From contig NC_087437.1 in the NCBI RefSeq assembly GCF_036321535.1, positions 94,986,001-95,050,000 on the forward strand: a stretch of 64,000 nt of DNA, read 5' to 3'. The DNA is from Camelus dromedarius (lineage: Eukaryota). Below the pieces are notes generated by a model. The model was given only the letters and a program-made list of their open reading frames with translations. It did no database searches and was not told where the DNA came from. Of the stretch, positions 39,244 to 50,724 are shown piece after piece; position 1 is the first letter of the stretch; each line of letters begins with the position of its first letter. The translations under genes and the position numbers were made by a program.

Positions 39244-40194
39244 ATGATGGACTAATGAAATCACTTCTCAAAGAGTGGGTGAGGATTGTTTGCATAATAT
39301 GCAATGTAAGGAAAATCTTGATAAAAATCTAATTTAAATACAAAGTAATATTTTCTCTCAAGGTTAAATCGGTTCTGAAGAGTTTTTTTGTGCTCCTTAC
39401 TGTGTATTAGAAAGTTAATTTATTCAGTACATATCACTATCGTAATGTCAGGAAAAATATCTCTGGACCTCCCAGCATTTAATAACTGATTTTTGATTCT
39501 AGAAAGTATTGTTTCCAACCATTAAGTCTCACCTACCCACAAATAAATAAGCATTAGAAAGCTTATTTCATGACACTTAAATATAGACACTGAATACTTT
39601 TCTCTTTATTCTCTTGGCTTTGCACCCTTTATAAGCCAGGTTGTATATTTTTGAACTTGTGTTGAAATATTATTCTAAACAGATGTTATCATTTTGTTGG
39701 AGGGATAAAATGTACATCTTTTAAATTCCGAATTTCCTTGGTTGCTTTTAAAATCATACTTTCTATTCTCATAGCATTTAAGAGGAGGTATACATTGAGG
39801 ATATTACATAAATAATATCTGAGCACCATTGGACCATCACATAGCAAATATGCCATGGCGACATTAATTTTAGCATGTACCCAGTTGGGCTATTCAAAAA
39901 TAGGTCACCACTAATGTGCTATTATTTAGGAATACTGGTTTCTGAATACTGGTTTCTATATACTATATTAATTTCAAACTCCCTTAGTAAAATCAAATTT
40001 GAGTTATTTTAGAAGTTTATTGTATGTAGATGTCTTTTAAACTGTATTTAGGGCTTTCTGAACAATCTGGTGAGCAACAACCCTTATATTCTTTGCTTTA
40101 TTAGTAAAAAAAAAAATGCAGTTTTCAATTACTAGCTATAAACTTAATCCTGAGGTTCCCACGATAATGCTCTCTTTTTCACAATGAAATCATA

Positions 40195-40392
40195 ACAATA
40201 TTTATTAACTGATATTAAATAATTGCTCACTGTATTCCAAGCTCTATGCTAAGCACTTTTTTCATATCTGTTTCAATCCTTGCAACCCTCCTATAAGGTA
40301 AGAACTATTTTTCATTTTACTAATACAAAAGGAAAGAGGTCTTAAAGATGTTAGGAGATGTGTCCATGGTCACCTAGCTAGTCAGTGGTAGA
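40195..40392 (-). mobile_element. MIR SINE
   Basis: TTGCTCACTGTATTCCAAGCTCTATGCTAAGCACTTT...CAACCCTCCTATAAGGTAAG...GGTCACCTAGCTAGTCAGTGGTAGAG. Confidence 0.75.
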
Positions 40393-41165
40393 GATCTCTA
40401 TGCATTTTAAAAACAAATATTGTGCATCCTCATTCTAAGTATGCACCAAACTCTATCACTTTTCCTGCTCCTAAGAGCAAAGTTTAAATAAGCGCTAAAT
40501 GCTGTCAGCTTTGCGTTTGCCTCAGACTTTCCGTTATCTTGTAGTTCACTGGAAGATGAGTAATATAAATATGTTATATACCTATTTTTTTTACTAAAGA
40601 CATATAAATAAAAGTATATTTAGATGCTTTGAAATATATCAACGGATAACTCTTACTATATGCTCACTCAAAGCCTTGTCCACACAAAAGCCCATTGGTG
40701 CCCATTGCAAGTTTTGTAGCGTTTAGAAACAATCACCATAGACGTTTTCTGATCATTTCTCAACAACTCATATCTGGTCAAGTCCACATCAATTCAAGAC
40801 TTACATTTTGTCTTACCGTTCCATGTCATCTTTTTTACTTCATTAATTCCAAGTATGCATGGAAGAAATAACACATTATTGAAAAAAATATGCCTCTTTT
40901 ATAGAAGCTCGAGATTTCAGTGTATTAGAAGAATGTAATTAAATTTCCTTTTTAAGATATGTAAGCATTGAGTAATGCTTTGGTCTATTTTGCATAGAAT
41001 TTTATAATATTTATGATATTTTCCTACAAAGTAAGGTATACAGCATAGCTTGTGTAATAACTTTAAAACCTAACCGTACCCCATTAATAAGATACATTTC
41101 CACTAATTTATCTAATCCTCACAAGAAAAAAAATTCTCTCAAAAGGTGTTAAAGTTAGATTAGAG

Positions 41166-41412
41166 CAGTGCTTCTCAAACTTGACACTGTTGACATTTTG
41201 GGCCAGATTATTCTTTGCTTTGAGTCAGGGGCTGTTGTGTATAATGTTAGATGTTACATGGCATCCTTTGTGTTTACTCACTAGATGCCAGTAGTACCTT
41301 TTTCCCTCCTCCAATTAGTTGTGACAACCACAGATGTCTCTAAACATTGCCAAATATCCTCTGAGTCAGGGGAAGAGGATGAAATGGCCTCCAACTTCTC
41401 AGTTTGGAGACG
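41166..41412. mobile_element. MER20 (hAT-Charlie) non-autonomous DNA transposon
   Basis: CAGTGCTTCTCAAACTTGACACTGTTGACATTTTGGGCCAGATTATTCTTTG...CACTAGATGCCAGTAG...GTTGTGACAACCA...ATGTCTC...ACATTGCCAAAT matches the recalled MER20 consensus. Confidence 0.88.
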
Positions 41413-41589
41413 TTCTCACACCAAAATAGAGAAAACCTCCTAGTAATTGCCCATTTCCTTTCGGAACTGGATAGATTAAATGCGAAAGGCGTGAATGGGC
41501 GCCCAGATATCTGCATTTAGACTTTCTTTTCATTCCTCCTCTTAGTCTAGCTGGGTATTTCTCAAAACCTAGTATACTACACAAAAGTG

Positions 41590-41900
41590 TAAGCACCAAA
41601 GTTGTGCTCAGTGTCACTTTGATAGGAACTAAAATACCATTGTTGAACAAGTCAGAATTCACTTCTGCCACTGTGGAGTTGATAAGATTTGCAGAAGAGG
41701 CAAACTTAAAAGATACATTCACAGCAATTATGTGTGGTCAGTGCTATGGAGAAATAGCCGAAGTTTCTTCAAGCATTTTACACAGGCATTTGACCTATTG
41801 GGGAAGATGGGAAATGGGAGGTCTGGGACAGCTTTCCTGGGGAAGATACTTTCATCTGAGACTTAAAGGAGGAGGTAACCAGGGGGAGTCAGGGCTAAAA
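41590..41900 (-). mobile_element. Decayed L2 fragment
   Basis: TGAACAAGTCAGA...TGCCACTGTGGAGTT...CAGTGCTATGGAG...GCTTTCCTGGGGAAGATAC...CTGAGACTTAAAGGA is L2-like and explains ORFs 41399..41722 and 41604..41942. Confidence 0.55.
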
Positions 41901-43009
41901 CGCAAGCTCTTCAGACTGTATTCTGGTCCTTTAATCACATAGTTTCCACCTGGAAAACATATTTAATGATGTTCTAGAATGTGTAAACATGTCTAAAGAA
42001 ACATCTCTATATGCATTATCACCTTTTCAAGTATTCTTATTGTTGTAAAATTTTGAAGAGAGCAAGATCAGAAAAATTTAGTATAGTGGATAATCTGGTT
42101 TATTAGACTTTGCCAAGTGTTCTGTATATTTCTGTATGAGTTAAACAGAACTGACAAAAATCACAATTATTTAAAATAGATGGATTTGCCAGATAAAGAT
42201 CTGATTTTTTAAGTGATTGAAATTACTACCCTCAAGAAATAATGACATTATGTCCTCAATCGATTAGGAATCCAAAATGAGAATTGATGTCTTTTCTTTA
42301 ATTATTTTAACTTTATAGTTCATATTTTGGCAGGCAAAAGAAGGTAGTTAACTTTTCAAACTCTTAGTGCATAATAAGCCACATGTGGAATTTAGAGGAA
42401 TTTCAAGAAATAGGTGATGTTACCCAAAATAATATGATTTGGATAAAGTAGAATGCACATTACAAATCTAAGTTGGCTCCTATTTAGACTAGTACATTTA
42501 AGTATGGTTGCATTATGGTCACTGTCAATAATTCTGATAGCCAAGTGTTAAACGATATGCACTCCCAGCTGCAAGAAAAATTAGCAAAATAATGAACTGT
42601 GCTTGATTTCATACTTTTCCCAAAGGTAATTGTTTAGAAAAACCTTATGACTTGATTTATCGCCCTTGCTAAAAGAAAAGAGTTTACTTTCTGGTGTGAA
42701 GTACAAGACCTGTGAAATTCAAGCATACTTGTGAAATACAAACATTTTCATTTTAATCGGTTATAGTGAAAACAAAAAGCACCCCTTGAACAAACAAAAT
42801 AATCCTATTGGAAAAAAAGTGAAAATCTCAGTTGTTAAGAATTATCTAATAGTTCTTCATTGTTGTCTGTGATGTTTAACTTGATGTATGTTGATTCTAA
42901 GACAATTTGAATAATCTGCATGGTAACTCCAAACAACTGATGTGTGGGATGTGTATATTACTTCAATACAATATCTGTTTTTAAAATGAAATTTATTAAT
43001 AATTTAGCA

Positions 43010-43400
43010 AGACAACACCCTAATATGATTTTAAAAAATCAGATTCTAGGCACCTTAGTGATAATTGGAAGTAACTTAAATATCTAACCATCAGAGCTTA
43101 GTTACGTATATTTTAGTATACTCATATGATGGAATTTTACTTCATTCCTTTAATGATGATGCTGAAGAATATTTTATGACAGAAGAAATTTTTGTGACAT
43201 AATGTTGAGTAAAAATGCAGGATATGTAGCAGTTTTAGAGTATTCCATATTGTAAGAATAAAAGCCTACACAAAGCAAAAAAAAGCAAGCAAGCAACAAG
43301 CAAACTATACAATAAAATGATGATGGCATATGTGATTATATTTGAGAGAATTACTGTAAGTTTGGGGGGTGTTGTATATTCTAAATATTCTAAAAATATA
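43010..43400 (+). mobile_element. Decayed L1ME/L1MC 3' fragment
   Basis: TTGGAAGTAACTTAAATATCTAACCATCAGAG...ATGATGGAATTTTAC...ATAATGTTGAGTAAAAATGCAGG resembles an L1 ORF2 end/3' UTR relic. Confidence 0.55.
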
Positions 43401-45184
43401 CTCCCCCTATATTTTGAAGAAAAACAAATACAATCTCATTAGAACCAGTTAGCTGAGTTCTGAGTTCCCTATATCTGAATATAGGGATGTAAACCATATT
43501 ATTTTTAGTATGTACTCAAAAAATATTTGTGGCAAAACATCAACATGCTAAAGTAGTAAAACTTTTTTTTTTTTACTTTGTAGTTGAAACATGTAAGTGA
43601 AAAGTAAGGTTTAGAAATCTTTGAATAAATAGAATAATTTTTGTATGATTTTTTTTGTAAAGTCGTTTAACTGACTTCAGCATACATCTGCTTTGTTTCA
43701 AAGACACTCATATGATACATAAATGCGACAAGATAGGTACTGTACCAGGGAAATTCTACCTTCTAGGTGTAATAAAGCAGCTTTAAAGTAGTATGTAGTG
43801 ATAGGAAATTGAGAAGATGAGATTAGATCAAATCAACAAAGACTTTCAGTTAGAATAATGGAATTGGATGATTTCTTTTGGAATGTGGCCAGGACGCTAG
43901 AGAGGAGGTGATTAAACTCTTGGGAAAATATATAATTATCCTTGTTGTTAAGACAGTAGGTTAACATTTGATGTCAATTTTCACCAGCAGTTTGTTTCTC
44001 AGAGAAAATTGTAGGATATGGCTTCAGTATTTATCCACAAGAATGAGCATCTCCATATTTAGAATCCTAGTTCTCAATGACACCAGGCAGCTATTAAATC
44101 CCAAAGCCCCAGTTTAGCTTTTCAAATGTGAAGTCATTTTCCCATAAGCCATAAGAGAAATATATTAGAAGTCTGTAAAATAAATAGCATAAAACTTTCA
44201 ATATGATGTATAATACTACAACTTAATGAATTTTTTATTATTAATGTTATTATTATTATTATTTATGATAAACTTGGATACTCTTTTTCCAACGTTATTA
44301 TAACATTAAATATTTGGCCTACTTTTTATTTACTGGCCCAGAAAGTAAACCTTAAACAGGGAACTCTAACAGAATTTCAAGATGTTTTTCAAATCAACAT
44401 AATGCTTCTTTAGTGAACTGATTAAAATAACTGTTAGAACCTAGGTAAAATATCATTCAGAATAAACAAAGCAGCAGGTGGGACTAAATATAACGAATGT
44501 ACAAAATGAGACATAAATCCTAACATATGTACCTCAATCCTCTAAATATTTCTTGAATGGATTTTTTAAAAAGCGATAAAAAACCAAAAACATTAAACAG
44601 TTTTGTACAACACATCTGCAGAATTAAACATAATGTAAATTACTTACTAAGTAGTCAGTTTGTGTTCAGATTGTAAGCCTATGGATTGTGTCATTCAGCT
44701 GTGCAGCTGTTAACTATGATCCCAATTTAGGAGAATTTTAATTCGTGGTTAGAATAGTGTATGCTTGGTTCCAGATATATCTGGAAATAAGAAACCAAAA
44801 GACAGCAAAATTCTATGATAAAACATTAATATATATCCATTTTTATGTTTTTCATTATACTTTGAATGTCTTAACAAACTTGTGTTACATATTTTTCCAA
44901 GCCTTCTTGTTAAAGTTAAGAGAAACATAAAACTCCTTTGAACATTTTAGAAGTAAAATAAAAACTATTTAAACATCTAAATTCCATACAGAAGTGGAAC
45001 TACAGATTCATATACTTCAGAGTTACTTTCTTATCCTAAAGTGAAAATAGATCTTTACGCAAACAAAACAAAACTTACACATCAGTGGTTTCCCAAGCTA
45101 GGACAAAATCTGTAAGAATAACATTACTTTAGTCAACAACTTTTATTTATACTTCACAGTCTGGTGTGGGGGTAAGATTCAGGT

Positions 45185-45372
45185 AACCAAGGTTCAAATC
45201 TGTGTTCAGCCTCATATTAACTGAATGTCCACCATCTCCTCATGTATAAAATAGGATAATAAGAGTAACTGATCTGATAATGTGTTTCTGAAGATTTAAA
45301 TGAGTTAGAATATATCAAATACTTAAATCTACCTCTGGCACATAATGCTATGTAAATGTTAGCTGTTATTAT
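45185..45372 (+). mobile_element. MIR SINE (partial)
   Basis: GGTTCAAATC...CTCCTCATGTATAAAATAGGATAATAAGAGTA...AAATGAGTTA...CTGGCACATA...TAAATGTTAGCTGTTATT. Confidence 0.75.
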
Positions 45373-45664
45373 TTTTATTCATAGCAATATAATATTTATT
45401 ATATTATACCATAGCTCTATATCTAGTGATAGTAATATTCTAAAGGTAGAGAATCTTGACCAAGAATTTCTGATTAACCTGCTCTAGTGGAAAGAAATCT
45501 CTAGAGATTTAGAGGACTGGGTTCTAGTTTTGAGTAAGGCACTAACTAAAGGAGTGTTCTAGGAAAAGTCAATTTCTTAAAACTTTAGATTTCTCAGAGC
45601 TACAGATAGGTTCATTTAGGAAGCATTTTTCCAAAAAATATATTAACAGACAATGAAATAAGAC

Positions 45665-46228
45665 TCATTCATTCATTCATTCAACAAACATTTGATTGCC
45701 TATAGGATACCAGGCACTGTTTTGGATGATGGGAATAAAAGAGTGAATAAAACAGTCAAGAATCTCTGACCTCATGTAAGATTCTAAGAGGAGTGGGTCA
45801 GTCAATAAAAATAAATAAGGAAATATATGATTTCTTAGATGGGGAAAAATGTCCTGGAAGGGAAAAAAAAAAAAAAAACAGAAAAACAAAGGTATGGAAA
45901 GTATTGTGTATATATGTAATTTTAAAGTTGGTGGTCTCAAAAGGTTTGATTTTTAAAATCTGAAAGAGGAAAGAGAGTATGTGTGCTGATGTATGGAGGT
46001 AAGTATTCCAGTCAGAGCAAGTGAAAAATCTCAGAGGCTGGTGGCTGCCTGATAACATCCTAGGAATAGCTTAGAGGCTGTTGTGGTGAAGTGACGTGAG
46101 CAAGGGCGTGTAAGAGGCTGGGGTAGATGCTGTCAGGGAAGCTCATGTGAGGCATTGTAGACATCTGGAAAGAGTGTGCTGTCACTTTAGGGAAGATGGG
46201 AAACCACTGGAGGGTTTTGAGCAGAGGC
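45665..46228 (-). mobile_element. L2 LINE 3' end
   Basis: (CATT)n CAACAAACATTTGATTGCCTA...CCAGGCACTGTT...; ...GATGGGAAACCACTGGAGGGTTTTGAGCAGAGG are canonical reverse-complement L2 3'-end motifs. Confidence 0.88.
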
Positions 46229-47040
46229 TTATGTTTGAACCCAGCTTGTTCTGAACCAAAGTGCCTGTCCTACCATGGAACTCTCCCCGCCGCCCCGCCA
46301 CACACTTTGATTCAAAACAAGCTGGGTTCAAACATAAGATTCATTGCTTCCAGACCTCCCAACTTTGAGTTAATGATTTATTCTCTCAACCTCTCTCTAA
46401 ATTAGGATGATAATACCACCTCACGTGATCATGGTGAGAATTAGATCAGATAACATCTGTGAAGGACCCCAAACATTGCCCTCAATCGATGCTACTTCCC
46501 AGTATCCTTTCCTCCATCTTCAAAAATCACTTGTCTGTTAACATTGAAGGATTAAATCTTAAGGAGACTCATGTTGTTAATAGTCAAGGTCCCAGGCTCT
46601 ACCAGAAGGACTTAGCAATATAATCTCTTGAGTATCTACAGTGTCCCCAAGACGCTGAGATGCTAAAAGCCTGGCACAGCCCCAGTAATTCAACAGCAAA
46701 CTCCAGTGTATCATGTTTTTATTTTTTAATGAGCCTTATTCTGTGAGACTGGCACACACGATTAGGTGAAGCCAGTGGAGTTCTATCCCGCGTTTTCCTA
46801 TACTGAAATCTTTGACAGTGCCTTAAGTCTTTAAGTAACTAAAGACAGATAACCCAGGAAATCTCTTATCCCTGTGGTTCCTGGTTTGGGGCCCATAATT
46901 ACTCATTCTAAAAGGCAGAGAAGCAAACAAACAAAAATAATACTGTTAAAATGTGTCCTATGTACATTCGAAAGAAAGCATCCTGATAAACTTTCATGAA
47001 CAAGAATTAAGTTACACATATTTTAAAATTCCACCTAGCA

Positions 47041-47152
47041 TTTTTTTTCTTTTCTTCCCTTCCTTTCCTCTTTCTCTCTCTCCCTTTCTTCCTTTCTATT
47101 TCTTTCTTTCTTTTCTTTCTTTCTCCTATCTTCCCTTCTTCCTTTACTACTT
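47041..47152. repeat. ~110-bp polypyrimidine (TC-rich) low-complexity tract
   Basis: Almost exclusively T/C, with TTTC units. Confidence 0.9.
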
Positions 47153-49741
47153 TAAACTTAAATTAGCTCTTTTTCCTTGAGCTCCCATTGCATGTAAAAA
47201 TCTATACCCCACCACATGTGACTGATTACATGTGACTTGTTGATGTCACATATGGCACTTAGAATCAGTAAGTACTACTGTGTTGCTCATTTTTAAAAAG
47301 TAAACTTTCCTGTAGGTACTGAACGAAGTTCACTACAGAGACAGGGCTTCTCAAATCACAGTAGATGTTCCAACAGATGTGAGTTTATTCTCCCTTTATT
47401 AGTTACTTTAGGTTACCTTCCTAAATGGGATTTCTCTCATGTATCCAAACTTAGAAAAATATTCAAATATTAGATTATTGAAATATTCAACCAGTTCATC
47501 AATTTAGATACCAAAGATTGCACAGATTATTTGGTAACTCTGTATAAAAATGGCTAAACTAGCTGTTGCGCTCAGACAGGTAGTATCTTGGATAAAGCAG
47601 CACAGCCTGGGCGTGTACTGTACACGTGATGGTAACGATGGCGCTTCTCACCAGACGACCTGGAATTTCAGCTTGCATCTCAGGCTTGGTCTGAGTGGAG
47701 GCTTCTTGGTAAGGGGGAAGAGAAAGAAATGTTCTGGTTTGTAGTTTCTTTAAGAACTTGACTGTTCCTCCTAATCTGGGTAAGTGGTATATGGAATTCC
47801 TACAGCGACCCTGGGCATTTCATTATTTCCTGAGTCCGTATAACTAGCCCTATGAAAGATAAAAATCGGATCAGACCAACTCAAGAGATTATTACTGCTC
47901 TAGAATTCTGAATGTCAAAGAAGCCCCAATTCACAGGACTACTAGAATGCATAACTTTCAGGTTCCCTCAAAATTCTCAAGGAGACATTTTAGGGAGGCT
48001 AAATTTCATAAGCGTCAAATGATCAGAATTCTCTAAACTCGAGAATACACCGCTCGATCAGATCACAGTGATCAGAATAGAGTTTCTGAGAACAAATTAC
48101 GACACCTTCTCCTTACCTTGATCTTTGTCTCCCAACCAATCAGTCTGAAATGAGTTGGAATTCAATCGTACAAGTCAGAGCTGCCTGAAGACCTGGCATT
48201 TGGAGGCACCGTATCCATGTGTACACACGCACACTTGCACACGTACTCACACCGACATGTTTATTATGTCATGCATTCTCCTAGTAATTTAATGTTCAGG
48301 AGTTAAAATGGAAAGGTGGCAAGTTGCTGTGATTCATCCATCTCCAGCTACTGACCTGTCATTTAACCCCAACCACACTGTTTTTAATTCTTCAGATGCG
48401 TTCCACTCTGGGGCCTGTGTAGCTCTCTGTATAAGAGCTTGGGGGGGCCTGTGGGATGGGTTTCTATTTGCATCCTGCCCCGACAGAGCCCTTTACTGTT
48501 TGTTTGCGTGAGTAAGAGTGAGCGAGTGAAAGGAAGAAGTTAGGAAAGCTCTCAGGTACGCATTCCTAATACCTTCTGAGAACAAAGTCTTGTCTTCAGG
48601 TACCACCTTTATGGAATTGACAGAAAAGCACCCTTTAGATGAGGCAGGGGAAGAAGAAAGGATCAACATGTATGAGCTGGCGATGACCAAAAGGTAGTTC
48701 CTTGAGGGAACTTACTGCTGACTTTCTTCTGTAATATAACCTCTAGGAGTAGGAGAGAGGACTTGGGGGTGGGGTGGGAGAGGGTGGTGTTGTTAATAGA
48801 AGCTGAGAAATAAAAGGATAAAAGAGAGTATTAATATGGCCCATTCAATGACAATGAGATACATGATAAAGGTTTTGAGAAATCTTGGGAAACTTCCGAA
48901 GACCAGGAGACTTGCTTTGGAGAAACAATGCAACAGGGATTCTTACACATATTCTATTTTATATTTAAAAATATACATCCTTTGTTAAGTGGAAGTTCAG
49001 AATCTTTGTTTCAAATGCTCTCGGATGATATGAGGATTTGAAGGATTTTCTCTCTCTTTCTCTTCGTACTACGCTTTAGGTTATTTACTTTCTGTTACTA
49101 GATAAGCTTTTCTTAAAAGCACATTTTATCCCAAGGAGGGAAAAACACATTTTGTGTTTCTCACTAAATATCCTTTCACAAAGAACAAATCAATGTATGT
49201 TTTTCAGCATTTACTGCACTTTCCTGGTTTTTTATTGCTGGAATGATTTTGGTTGGAGTCTTTGAATTCTTATCTCCAGCCTGTTTACTGAATTTTCAGT
49301 CAGCTTTCTCGGGATTAAACTATCTTTCGCTTTCAGAGATAGGTGCTGTTAACCAGGATTTCTTTCTGCAAAATGCTGCTCCAAGGTCATTGGTTGTAAC
49401 AGCAGCAACCAAAATAAATGTATGATTTGCTTTTAAAACTGTATCTTTTGTTAGGTAATGCAGGAGCTAACTTTAAAAAAAATGTACAGCAGTATTTAGA
49501 AGACAGTAAATCCTTCCCCACCCCTCCCTCTGTCAGACATCCTCCTCTGCAGAGACAACACTGAACACAGGTTCTGGTATATCCTGATAGAGAACAAAGA
49601 AGCATGTTGAAGTTATTGGACACACCTTGGTAGATTATTTATTAAAAAGTATAATAACCCTAAATACCAGTATCAACCATTTATTGGCCACACACCATAT
49701 CTCAGGTGGTTTACAAACAGTGTCTTTTTAGTAGAAAGAAA

Positions 49742-49765
49742 AATGAATGAATGAATGAATGAATG
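49742..49765 (+). repeat. (AATG)6 microsatellite, probably an L2 tail relic
   Basis: AATGAATGAATGAATGAATGAATG. Confidence 0.9.
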
Positions 49766-50724
49766 CAAGAATGCAGGTCAGATGTGCCAGATTTGTTTTG
49801 CTGTGGGTATAATGTGTGAATATCTCAAGAGTCCCTATTTTTCAGAAAACAAAACTGAGATTTGGCCTGGTTTCAGAGTTAGTAACTGGTAGGTTGGGAT
49901 TTCAGGGCGAGGTGTACAGGGTGTCAAAGCCCACGCCTTTTGGTTTTGAAATGCTTAATTACTTCTATAACCGCAAACTCCCAGGTAGTCAAGGCTGTTT
50001 CTTGGATTTGTCCCTCTTCCTTAGTTCCTTACCCATTGTTAACATTCTGATACTTAAGAGTCAATGAAGTTGAAGGAGCGGTTCTTCGTTCCAAAAGAAA
50101 AAAAAGTAAAAAGAAAAAAAAAAGTCCCCAGCCGCCCCCCCACCCCCACCCCAGCCCCGCACCCTTCTAATTGGATTGCTTTTCTACAGGCGCCTCAACA
50201 ACTACAATTTAAAATGAAATGATTTTTGTAACAAAGTGCCCATCTACTGATATATTCTAGATAGTTATTTCTCTACCTCTTGTCCTAAAGGATTGTTTGT
50301 CCATATTTGATTTAAAAAAACAATGAGAATAGAGAAGGGTGAAGGTAGAGTTATTTGAGAGTTTATTCCAACTCCTGGAAGCGGTAGGGAAGAGGTTAAG
50401 CTGGACCAGGAGGATTTTTGAAGTCTTTGGCTGGGAGGTTCCATTTGGAGAAAGGTGCAGGGGAGCTAGGGGTGGCGAGAGAAACAAGACAAGTTCCCAT
50501 TCGCTTGGATTTCTGATCCTGAGCAGTTTCTCACCTGAGGGCGCAGTCGGGCACCCTGGCTTGTGGATGGAAGTATTAACGAGCAGAACTTGCCAGACCA
50601 GCGTCTGGAGAGTGTAGAGTGAAGCATGGAAAGGACCGTGCGTCCCCTTTAAGTATTCTCGGGCCGGGAAAAAGAGGGAGGAAACTGGGAGCCGCGGGGA
50701 CGGTGGGGGAAACCCACAAGCGAC

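Larger units (their letters stand above)
1..50599 (+). other. ROBO1: Intronic sequence of the long ROBO1a transcript, upstream of the ROBO1b promoter
   Basis: Inferred from known ROBO1 architecture (ROBO1b promoter lies within a very large ROBO1a intron). No ROBO1a-like exon recognised here. Confidence 0.7.

Noticed and set aside
4435..39958. Scattered 11-18 bp direct duplications (e.g. ~4435, ~18837, ~20896, ~25802, ~29311, ~39930)
   Set aside because: Each is an isolated two-copy slippage duplication of unrelated sequence. There is no repeat-spacer periodicity, so no CRISPR-like or array structure.
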